Assembly (NCBI RefSeq): GCF_037042905.1
Contig: NC_087245.1
Coordinates: forward strand, 43,402,001-43,466,000
Length of the DNA: 64,000 nt
Reading direction: 5' to 3'
Origin: Lytechinus pictus
Lineage: Eukaryota
Part shown: positions 53,377 through 64,000 of the stretch, piece by piece
Numbering within the stretch: position 1 is the first letter of the stretch
How the letters are laid out: each line of letters begins with the position of its first letter
Translations under genes and position numbers: made by a program
The notes under the pieces: generated by a model
Seen by the model: only the letters and a program-made list of their open reading frames with translations
What the model was told of the DNA's origin: nothing
The model's database searches: none

Positions 53377-56300
53377 TTAACCGGACCACTTGTATTTCAT
53401 CTTGAGCTTGAGAATGATGAGCGTCAGAGAGTGGTATAAGAGCACTTGGCCGCAGAGAATGGCGTAATCAAATACTTGGTTCGACTGCAGGTCGAGGAAG
53501 GAAAAGAAATAGTAAAAGAGAATGGTGTTGATCATTTCACGTATATAAGGATGCAGAAAATTAGGCTGTGCACTATAAGTCTTAGCGAAATAAATGATAC
53601 TATTCGTTTTATAATACCAATTGTTTTTTAAAACCAGCTTCTCTGCAAGTTGGATGTTGTACCCCTTTATTTTGTCCCAAATACTGGCGTTCAACACCAT
53701 ACATGAAATCAATTTTGACACGCTGGAGAATGAGGGAGTGAAATATGAACGGAGATACGGGTTAAATCTCGAAAACCATTGTTCTTGGGGCTGAGTGACC
53801 TGCCTGATCTCGATTTTCTTCTTCTTATTATTATTATTATTATCATTATCATCATTATTATTATTATTATTATCATCATCATTATTATTATTATAGTTAT
53901 TATATTTTTTATGGGAGTGGTATGGCGGAAGAGAGATAATAACGCTGACAATGAAAATAAGAATAAAAAAGAAAGGTTCATAAACTTCTTTTAAGGAATA
54001 TTTGAACCCAATTGCATTCAACACAGAAAGCTGAGCATTTTCCATCTCCATTACAGTTATAGGCCATTAGCATCGTCTTCTTTAAGACAGTACCAATGTG
54101 ACAAAATGATGATTACTGTGATTACAGGAGCTATGAAATATCGTTTTGTTATGAAACCAAGCAGTTTACACCAGCTGCCTGCCACTCAACGTTGCTAAAG
54201 CAGAATAATTCCAAATTCCTTCAACTTTCAGCAACTGACACGAGGCTTTCCATCGTATTATTCATATTTCATTTTCTAAGAAATGTTGTCGTGCCGAGCT
54301 TTTGCTCATGCCGATCCATCCCTAGTAAATCAATGATCATGGTGCCCCTAAAGATTGGCAAACCCGGCGAATTTTTTTATAGGAATAATAATTAGGTGTA
54401 AGTAATCGAAAATTGTTATTGCTGACTAAATTATTATCGCGTTCCCTTCAATATAAAGAAAATGTACTTACTGGTGAAAATCCGTATCGGTAAATAACGC
54501 CTTTACCCGTGTTTGAGCAGGCCGATGGATTGGACCATTCACATTCTGTGAATACAGTTGAAAAAAAATACAAGAATATTAAAGACAATTGAAAAGAATA
54601 TAAATATTTTCATGTCTTTTGCACCCTGCCTTATTGACTTCGCAATCTGTGAATCTGCCATTGCATATTTTGTAAGCAGTAACCCTGAAGAAGCTTTGAT
54701 TAAATTTCGTTTTACAAGTTTTTCTCAATCCTCATATGAAATTCATCTGCCCTTAAAGACACCCTTTAAGCTTGTGTGAACCCCCCCCCCCTCCTTGTGG
54801 AATGGAGAGTGGTCACATTTTGTACAGGTTTTGATTTTTCATAAAGTATATCTGAAGATTGATGCAGTCATCATTAGCCATTGAAAAACTGCATACCATC
54901 GATATTCAATGACATGGGGCAGGTTCTTAGCAGTTGCGTCACAAAAACGAAAACGTTGAAAATTATAACATTGTTATTCTGGAGGTCATTTTTTTTTCAA
55001 ACCTTCATTAACATACTCTTTCATGGAAACGTATGAGGATGGATATTGCCTTTCAAATCCACTTGTTCATGAAGTCAAACTTTACTTTACGAGCTGCTCT
55101 ACGAAACCAATTAAACTCTATAATGAAACTGCCTCTGCAATGATTATTATTTTAATTTTATTTACTTTCAATTTATTCGTTTTGGACGTATGCGCTGGAT
55201 AGCCCTCTTCAGTCGAACGATTGTTCTTCTGAAGTGTCCAGACAGGTTATGATGGCAGTTTCTGGAGAAGTTCATAAGCCACCCTCCCCCCCCCCCCCCC
55301 CCCCTACTCACCAATATGATCGACATGCTCCCATTGGTTGACGTTGAGAATCTCGTAGGACCAAGGCAACCAATCAATGTAAAGGATAGGTTGTATGTAG
55401 ATCGGGATAGATCTAGGGTTGATGTAGAATCCACCTAGGACGTTCATGACGAAGATCTGAGGGGTGGTCACTGTAACCGTTCGTCCCGGTTTCTCCCAGA
55501 TAACCGACTGCATGGCAACTTTAAATTTGAAATGCGATGAATTAAAATGCATGATTCATTTAAAAGAATAGTTCTAAAATGGTAATGAAGTTCTGCACTA
55601 CACTGTTAAGCCACTCACCTCAAGTGGTTTTTATACAAGTAATGAATATAATTATAATCATTGATAATTTGTCCGAGAGAAGACATGCGATTTCATTAGT
55701 CCTACTTTTTAGACATCATATATGATTTATGTATAGGGAGAATATCTACTGCAGATAGAAGCTATTCTACTATGAAAAATTAAGAAGAACGTTTATCTAT
55801 CCTCAGTTTTGCAATTCATGAACATGATGAAAAAAGTAAAACATATGCAAATCTGACAGTGACCCATGTCGACACTTTTCTTTCAAATTTTAATTTTCAT
55901 GTTCAGTTCATTTTCTCCTTTTACTGAAGACATAAAAGACAGGAAAGAACATAAAGACCGCAACGAAAATGTGGGATGGAATTCATAAGGAGGTAATTAG
56001 CCTCAAAACAGAATTCATCAAGATTGACCGATCGTATATTCGAAACACGTAAATTGCCTATACCTCGATGTTCGTTAATCCGAAAAACGAAAAAGGGTTC
56101 GTTAATCGGAACATTTGTGGCATTATTCCGAAGGTTCTTAAGTCCGAAAACGAAATAAGGTTCGTTATTCCGAATGTTCGATAATCCGAAAACGAAATAA
56201 GGTTCGTTGTTCCGAAGGTTTGATAATCCGAAAACGAAATAAGGTTCGTTGTTCCGAAGGTTCGATAATCCGAAAACGGCATAAGGTTCGTTGTTCCGAA

Positions 56301-59300
56301 GGTTTGTTAATCCGGAAACGAAATGAGGTTCGTTGTTCCGAAGGTTCGCCAATCCGAAAAATGAAATAATCATTTTGGAAAAAAGGAAATTTCCCATTTT
56401 GTAAAAAATAGTATTTCGTTTCTACGGGAATTGTTTGGGGTGCAAGTGCCCCCTGCCCCCCCCCCCCCGCTTTCACCGCCCCTGTGGGAAGAGTCTGATC
56501 TAGCGTTACCAGTGGCGTTTACGTACGCAGAATTCTTTTAAAGGGATGATCATAGGCTTATGATGTTAGTTCATGTTTTTTCTCTCATTGCTAGACCTAC
56601 AATATATTTATTTTATTATTCATTTTATCAGGTTTAATCATGAATAAATGTACATGATACAAAGGTGCCAGGACCAAGCTGAACATGTTTACAATAACTG
56701 CAACCAAAAAATAACAGACTATGAATATCAAACAAATAAAATATAAATGCATTCAACGAGAAAACTACTATTACCATATTAACGAAAAGCAGTATAAGAG
56801 CATGTATTATCACAGAAGTTATCAAATCAAATATCGATAGGGGCGTGTTGATGCATTTTGAAATTGTTTGTCAAAGTTCAAAATGTCTACTAAAAGATCC
56901 ATTCTTGATTACATTTTTACCACTCATAACGCCCCCCCCCAAAAAAAAATCGCTCTGTGCAGGGGGGGGGGGGGGGTGATTGTTTGGATCAGAAAAAGGT
57001 GATAAAGACCCCCTTTTTTACTGGGGCGGGGCAAAAAAGCCATCCGCAGCCATCGTAGCCAGCTTTTCAGAATGATAATGGCACATATATCTACATATGT
57101 TTATATGGAACAAGCATTCGCCAATAAGGGGGGGGGGAGATTTCATTCTCATTTTCCGCGATCGGCTGCTCAAAGCGGATTTTTTTTCTTTGAAGGGGTA
57201 GTCCGAACAGTGACTTCTTAGCTTTATTCTTTTAAACAAGATTGTATCTCATAATCCCTGATTGAATAATGCGAACGCCAGAAGCGAGCTAAATTTTATA
57301 GAAATTTCAGGAATTTTGTCCTAAAAATTGAACATTTTTAGCAAGGTTTGTGATTATGAACAAGATGCGTATGCAACTAAGTCAAACGAACCTTATTTCA
57401 TTTTCGGACTAACGAACCTTTTTCGTTTTCGGACTAACGAACCTTATTTCGTTTTCGGACTAACGAACCTTTTTCGTTTTCGGACTAACGAACCTTCGGA
57501 ATTACGAACCTTTTTCGTTTTCGGACTAACGAACCTTCGGAATTACGAACCTCATTTCGTTTTCGGACTATAACGAACCTTTTTCGTTTTCGGACTAACG
57601 AACCTTATTTCGTTTTCGGACTAACGAGCCTTCGAAATTACGAACCTTCGGAATAACGAACCTTCGGAATATTCGAACCTTCGGAATAACGAAGCGTCGG
57701 AATTACGAATGTATGCGGCGTAATCCTTTGATAAGATTCACTTGTTCAGCGCCACGTGTGTGTCCAGGGGCCCGGTGCAGAAAGAATTGCGATCAAACGC
57801 AACTCAAAAAAATCTTGCGCAACTTGATTTTCAGCCAATGAAGCACCCGTATTCGGGACTTGCGCTTGACTTGCGTTAAAACGCAAATCTTTATGCAACA
57901 GGCCCCATCATTTAACGTTTGATTTCATGTTGTCCCTTTCAATCGTCTTTTGAATGTCATATATAGTTACTATCCAGCCTCATTTGCCTTTTTTTGGAGA
58001 TTAAGATTTAAAAAATCATTTAAAAGACATTCATATCTGAATACATAATCCATGATGATGATGATATGTAGAAAGATTACGTCACCTATACTAATTAATT
58101 GAACAGTTGAAGGGAACATCCGTATGAAGAGGTTCCCATTTCATTTCATTACGTTTTATCATATTTCACTTTACTCTGTAATTTTGTTGGAAATTTAAAA
58201 TGAAATAAATTTTGATCAGTCAGTCAATTTGCATGTTTAGACAACTTAAATCAATGAGTTTGAAAGAACAGTTAGTGTGAACGCACCAAAACCAACGTTA
58301 ATGAGGTATGCGAGCATCAGTACGAGGAGGCAGACCAAGAAGGTATCCAGACGGGGCTCCAGACCGCCAAGGAAATACACCGCTGTCACAGATAAAACCA
58401 TCAATGCTACACCAAGGGAGCACTACAAAATAAAATATATCATAGGAAATTAATACATTAATGAAATGGCGTTATTCATTTGCATTCTGTCACTCCGTTG
58501 GATAGAACTGGTTACAGAATAAGAGTAAAAGATTTCTTACTGTGACATGGCTTGGAAGCTCCTTTCACATCATTATTTTAAATTCCAAACATCAGTTTTC
58601 CTTGAGATTTCAATTTTACTGTGCAATTTTTTGAGAGCAGATAAATTATTTCACGTGCGATATCTTTTTTTTTACGAAATAAAATGTATTTATTAGTCAT
58701 GAACCTTGAAAAAGGCTAACTGAAAATGGTTTGATATTTATCCATTTATCCAAAGCATCTCGTCCAATCGAGAAGTTTAATCATTTTCTACTGCAAAGCT
58801 CGCTTGGATTATCTGAAAAAAGGGTAAGCATATTTTGCCCCAATCAATTTCTTACAAAGGAATTACAAGCTTGAAACATATCAATTTCATTTCCTTTTAA
58901 TATGTCATTAGATGATTTTAGCGGTATCAGAATACTAAGTGTTTTACTTGACAGGAAAGATGTGGAAAATGCGTGGATAAGAGCGGCTGAAAAGCAATTA
59001 AAAGCGAGGATCTTTGTTGACTAATTCCAATAAAATTTTGGAAACTCGTGACACGAAGTTTAGCAGCACATCGCTTCTACTACTATACCAACAACGCCAC
59101 CACGCCACTTCTAGTGCTACTAGTTTTAATGATGATTAATCTTTGTAACTTTTTTTCTAAAATCAATTTACCAATATCTGTCGATTTCTATGACGCGTCT
59201 TACAATCTAAAATCAATCATATAGATGGACATTTCTATACATGTACCTGAGATATGAACGTTCCAAGGAAATAAGCAGTAATAGAATACATGCCATCCAA

Positions 59301-59735
59301 ATGCTCACGAATCATCAATGGCAGTTCATGAGGCAGAACCTGGTAGAAAAAAAGACAATGAAAAGGTGAATGGTGACGAGGACAGAGGGGGTAGGGGAAA
59401 ATGTACGTTGGTATCAATTACTCTACACATTTGTATACTTTCTCCCATACGTGTACTGTATCAGAGCAATAGCTTTGATCCAGCTGAGGCATGGCGGCTT
59501 GTCATTCGGATCGGGGTCGCCCTAGCCACTAACCCGTCTCTGTGGTCTAGTGGTTAAGGCACCGGCGTTCAAAGCTGGGGGCCCGGGTTCGATTCCCGGC
59601 AGATACATTTTTTCGGCATCACCAATTTTTCCAAAGAGTAGATAGCTCTGGGGAACCTTGATTTAAGCTACGCCTACCATTGTTCTCTTCATCCATTTCT
59701 TTACAATATTTAAATAAAAGAGTTGCCAATGCTGT

Positions 59736-59773
<38 letters not shown>

Positions 59774-59840
59774 TTCAAACAAAGAAAAGTATAAAAACTC
59801 CGTGGACAGTAATATTTTAACGAATTTTCGCCCATAGGGG

Positions 59841-59921
<81 letters not shown>

Positions 59922-62900
59922 AGACAGGAACAAAAGTGTGGCTATTGGCAGCGCAAGATATAATAACAGGTGACATTGACTTTCCGAAATAAGATGACAA
60001 TAATGGGAATCTTATGAAAAGGTTTCGGAATAACCAATCTTAATAATTTAGCGCACCAAGTGGGAATCGAACCCGGTCATCGGCATACTAAACCAGCGCA
60101 CTACCAACCAATGTAAACGAAACTGACTTAATTTGAATTGATCTTAGACAATTTACTTCATGTCACCCATTTTTTTGTAAAATCAGAACACATCTGATTT
60201 GCTTATTCTCTTAGGTAGGCTTTTAGATTAGGAAAGTGAAAAAATAGAATATAAAGAGGAAGAGAATGAGAAAGGGAAAGAGAGTGAGAGAGGGGAGAGA
60301 GAAATGGACATAATAATGAGTGAATGGGGGTGTACGCGTGTGTTTTTAATGTTCATTGATTATTGTGTAGCATTTATTTCAATAATGTTTAGGTTCGGAG
60401 AAGAAGAAATAAAATGTCATTCTAAAAAAAGGTGTGAAATGAGAGAGAGAGGGAGTGCAAAGAGAGAGGGATGGGTGACGGAGGAGGATAGAGAAAGGGA
60501 GAGAAAGCGGGAGGGATAGACAGGAGAATTGTACGTCACCTACCACCAAAATCCTCGACGCGTTGACGAAGGTGAAGTTTGCGCAACAGAAATAAAGCAG
60601 ACCCTGGACTGCAGATAGTCGAGACTGGTCGTAGATGGCTTTCGGATTCCAGTAGATGAGAAGCATTACGATGCACATGAACTAGTTGTGAACAAAATGA
60701 AACAAATATCTTGTGAATATTTAACAACCAGCTTTAAACAAAAAATGTAAAAGACCTTTCAGTAATCAATATTCCTTTCTTTGGATGAAGAAGTTTCCCG
60801 AGACAAATATATTATTGAAGGTACTACCCCCTCTCTAATGGTAAATTGCCAATTCGTCCACTGCCAACCCGTCCACTCACCACATGGTCTACCTTCATTT
60901 AGTCTAATGCCATTCCGTCCATCAACATTTCGTCCAATAGCCATTTGGTCCAATCATCACTTCGTCTAATTACCAGTTCGTCTATTACCATTTCGTCTAA
61001 TAACCAGTTGGTTTAATACCAATTTTCTTTTCATTCATTTTGCACAATTAACACTTTAGTTTACTTAGACCACATGGTATATGGACTAAATGGCTATTGG
61101 ACCAACTGGTTATTAGACGGAATGGCATTTGACTAAATGAAAGTTGACCATGTGGTGAGTGGACGAGCTGATGGTAGACCAAATGATAGTAGACGAGTTG
61201 GCAATTGGACGAATTGGCATTAGACGAATTGGAAATAAATCCTCTCTAACAAGGATGGGAAGGGGCAACAAGATATCTACAATGAACATCAAGTTTTGAC
61301 ATTAAACGTGACAGAATGATTGGTATATTAAAGAACATCATGGTCAAGTAGTCATACTAGTAATAAAGCTATCATCATGATACAAATAACGAAAATCAAT
61401 TTTTTATTGTTCGAAATGAAATCTGAAATATAAATATTCCGAAAACTCATTTTGCCCAATTGATCGTGGGCCCGGCAGCCACTGTGCAGTGCCAGATCGA
61501 CGTAGCTCTATCACTTGTATTCTTGAACGCAGAGTAAGATGGCAGCAACTCCAATCTTTGGTGTGACGCGGCAGGGGCTTGAACTCCCGACCCCCCCCCC
61601 CCCCCGGTTGTGAGACGGACAGTCTACCAACTGAGCCAATATTCATTTACTTGAGTGAATACCAACTGATACTGGTTATAACTGCTAACATTCCGCTGAG
61701 AACAAACTAATAAGATTTGATAGAAATACCTACGGATATTGGCTAGAATACATTGCCAAAATTTCACTGAGAACAAAATAATAGCTTTTGAAAAAAGTAT
61801 ACTGTCTTGTGAGAGCTTAATGTTAACAAATCGATTAATTTATATAACGACAATTCGACTCGGAAGTATTTGCGATTCATTGCACAGGAAGTGTCGTACA
61901 CTGTAAAAAAAATATTGGGTTACATTTTTACCACCACGAGGGTAATTATGTGTCCAATCAATATGGGGCAGTATCTTTCGCAATGCGGGAAGCATATTGT
62001 CCAGTAAGGTTACAAAAATAAGCAGCAATTACTTTAGAATAGGCAAATTTCAATCACACTGGATAAATAAAAATGCCTCAAAAGAAATGCCCAATGCTGG
62101 TTGGACACATAATTAACCGCATGGAGCACTTTTACCCAATATTTGTTTTTAGAGTGCATCAGGGCTCCGTTGCATAAAAGTTACTAATATGGTAACTCTG
62201 TCATCCAATGGTTAACTACCATGGTAACGATGCTTAACAGCAAATCAAAATAAATGAATCCGTCGTAGTTACCACTGGACAGGAAAGTTACCATAATGGT
62301 TACTTTTAAATTCATTCAACAGGGCCCTGATCTGATACCAGGTAACAAAGGTCTCTGATTGATGTCTACACTCTTTAAAGGATTGGTCAAAATAACCAAT
62401 ATGTTGGTGAATAAGTGTCTGACCGACAAAGAATGTCAAAATCAGTCATTTCACTGATTAAATTCTACCATACTTTTGGTTGATATTGACCATCCTTATC
62501 GGTCGGGCATAATTCTCACCAACAGGCACTGGCGAGTCCATGGGGGGGGGGGGGGGGGGGGCAGAGCCGACCCGTGCCCCCCCCCCTTTGAGAAGCAAAA
62601 TTAAAATTTGTAATGTAAAAATGCTATTAAAACACAAGTGTGCCCCCCTTGTGAAGTGAAGACTTTTTTTTTGCTTGTCAAATTTTTGTGCCCCCCCTTT
62701 TTGGGAAAACCCTGAATCCGCCCCTGCCAACAGGTTACTTTGAACAACCCTTTTAAAAAGTGCATGAATGTCGTTATATTCTTACCGCTACGAACATAGC
62801 TCTCGTACGCAAGAGGGCAGGGTTTCTTTTGAGGTAGATGAATCCTCTCCACATAACATACCAAAGCTGTTTGAACCATCCTGCCTGGTACCTAATAAAA

Positions 62901-63708
62901 TGAAAGGATATACCATGACTTATAAGTAACTCCGTGATTGATATTAGAAAATACAGGTAATAATAATGACAATAATGATAAACACAGCATTAACTTTAAT
63001 CCAGCATAACCTATGTAGTGAATTATTCTGAAGCGCGAAGGGATGAAAAAAGGTCGAAGGAAAGGAAGTACAGATCAATTATGTATGCTTATTTCTGGGT
63101 AGTGAACATATGCAGACATGAAATTAACAATTTTAAGCTGAAAAAAGTTAAAACAAATCATTTAAGATAATTTTTTGTTTAATCCTTATAAGGCGATTCT
63201 GCTGATCGGATCCTCAGTGGAAGAGCGTTCTAGAGAGATGGAGCTGAAGAGGCAATTGGTGAAGAATTACCCCCTTCAACATAATACCAGGTTGTTAATC
63301 TTGCTCGAAGTCCAAGTACAAATCCAGTACAGAAACAAAGCATCTTCATAGTTATTCAATTTATAATGAATATTGTTTGATTTAAGCCATGGATTCAATA
63401 TCCACGCCATGATTAACCCAATCAACCCATGTGTATGAAAATAATGGATAGGTATATTAGGATGTATTGCTTGTCTGTACGATTACTCGAATTTAAAGCC
63501 GGGAAAAAAATGCCCTTTAAGATCGAATGTAGTCATTAATTTATGTCAATCAACGCTAAATTGGTATAGGCGTATTGTTATCATTCATGCTTTTAACAAT
63601 AAATGAAATTTGTACAGGATTCATGTTAAAAGGAAACCGGTGAAAGTGAGTATATAAATTATCGTGTAGTGGTACATACCCTATATCTTGCGCATCAGAA
63701 GTGAAATC
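53377..63708 (-). CDS. ABCG half-transporter, white/scarlet-like; C-terminal ABC2 transmembrane region (ATPase exons lie beyond the window end)
   Basis: Phase-consistent exons 63680-63708, 62786-62891 (YQAGWFKQLWYVMWRGFIYLKRNP), 60544-60681, 59247-59339 (ELPLMIREHLDGMYSITAYFLG), 58287-58422, 55312-55518 (LGGFYINPRSIPIY...YEILNVNQW), 54472-54545 (C-x6-C...GKGVI extracellular loop), 53377-53484 ending in TAA. Confidence 0.88.
56050..56365 (-). repeat. ~39-bp unit tandem array (ttccgaaggttcg...tccgaaaacgaaataaggttcg)
   Basis: Direct reading; inverted relative to 57383-57716. Confidence 0.85.
57383..57716 (+). repeat. Tandem array of the same family (cgttttcggactaacgaaccttcggaa)
   Basis: Modules of about 14 and 25 bp, ending cggaattacgaatgtatgcg. 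Confidence 0.85.
59536..59607 (+). tRNA. tRNA gene or tRNA-like gene with TCA anticodon (opal-suppressor-like, not Sec)
   Basis: Acceptor stem GTCTCTG/CAGATAC (6 of 7 pairs); D arm GTCT-AGTGGTTA-AGGC; anticodon arm CCGGC-GTTCAAA-GCTGG (TCA at 59569-59571); 4-nt variable loop; T arm CCGGG-TTCGATT-CCCGG; discriminator A; then TTTTTT. Confidence 0.65.
59608..59613 (+). terminator. Putative RNA Pol III oligo-T terminator
   Basis: T6 run directly after the tRNA discriminator base. Confidence 0.55.
59741..59919. repeat. Two (TA)n microsatellites
   Basis: 59741-59771 and ~59845-59919. Confidence 0.95.
60050..60112 (-). mobile_element. tRNA-SINE head fragment
   Basis: ttggttggtagtgcg...ccgggttcgattcccacttggtgcgct. 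No acceptor stem; resembles the 3317 SINE head. Confidence 0.55.
60841..61236. mobile_element. Foldback-type MITE
   Basis: ccaattcgtcca...ttcgtctaat modules on the left are mirrored by attagacg/ggacgaattgg modules on the right. Confidence 0.75.
61400..61638 (-). mobile_element. tRNA-derived SINE
   Basis: ggctcagttggtaga (A box), gggagttcaagccc (B box), body caccaaagattggagttgctgc and aataaaaa tail. Confidence 0.7.
61899..62156. mobile_element. EnSpm/CACTA-like MITE, second copy
   Basis: cactgtaaaaaaaatattgggt ... acccaatatttgtttttagagtg; collinear with 51240-51491. Confidence 0.7.
62160..62329. mobile_element. Short palindromic MITE (GGGC..C.GTT.CA termini)
   Basis: cagggctccgttgcataaaagttac ... 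caacagggccctg. Relatives at ~4773, ~24743-24881, ~36927-37059 and ~57767-57906. Confidence 0.6.
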
Positions 63709-64000
63709 CTGATTGAAAAGTGAAACAAACAAAAATGAAGGAAATTTAGCTTCAGAAACAAAGAGAATCGTATCACAGGACGTCAAAACAAACAAATATT
63801 TATATAGGATCACAACGCAATATACACACCATCATGACAATGTATGATTGTAAAGAAAATAAAAGTAATTCCTAGAAAGTTTAATAATCACAAGCTTTGC
63901 AAATAAACGTTTCATACTATTATTACCTCTGAGAATTCGAACCTATGTAATAGGTATCAGGTACGTGAGAGGTACATTGAAATTCGCAAATAAAGGTATA

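Larger units (their letters stand above)
59452..59741 (+). mobile_element. Solo-LTR-like element containing the UCA tRNA
   Basis: Starts TGTAC and ends GTACA (5-bp inverted termini, TG...CA). AATAAA lies about 25 bp before the 3' end, and the unit abuts a (TA)n tract. No clean TSD. Confidence 0.5.

Noticed and set aside
53485..54051. N-terminal part of the 224-aa minus-strand ORF
   Set aside because: Only 53377-53484 is the terminal ABCG exon; the rest is intron, including a microsatellite.
55921..56476. Repetitive ORFs (FGLSNLRNNEPY)n
   Set aside because: Translations of a non-coding tandem array inside an ABCG intron.
59536..59607. Selenocysteine tRNA
   Set aside because: The anticodon is UCA, but it has a standard 7/5 fold and a 4-nt variable loop; tRNA-Sec needs a long variable arm and an extended acceptor stem.
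63185..63290. Extra ABCG exon
   Set aside because: No suitable GT donor on the minus strand; 63680-63708 joins 62891 in the correct phase.

Overview
AT-rich, intron-rich animal genomic DNA. The repeat content suggests a marine invertebrate, probably a sea urchin (inference). Three spliced protein-coding genes can be rebuilt by hand with phase-consistent GT-AG exons. (1) Peflin/PEF1 on +, exons 1437-7089; its first exon was not found and probably lies upstream of the window. (2) A TDRD7-like LOTUS-LOTUS-Tudor gene on -, about 12961-40436. It appears to stop after its first Tudor domain and is followed by decayed Tudor-like exon remnants. (3) The transmembrane half of a white-like ABCG transporter on -, 53377 to beyond 63708. 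Introns and intergenic DNA are packed with non-autonomous mobile elements: Helentron-associated (HINE/DINE-like) elements with central ~120-bp tandem arrays, Tc1-, hAT-, piggyBac-, Kolobok-, EnSpm- and P-like MITEs (several nested, with readable TSDs), L2/CR1 3' fragments and tRNA-SINEs. The most unusual item is in an ABCG intron. A ~290-bp solo-LTR-like unit (TGTAC...GTACA, next to (TA)n) carries a complete tRNA cloverleaf with a UCA anticodon, a short variable loop and its own oligo-T terminator. It is a candidate element-borne opal-suppressor tRNA. All coordinates were counted by eye and may be off by a few bases.
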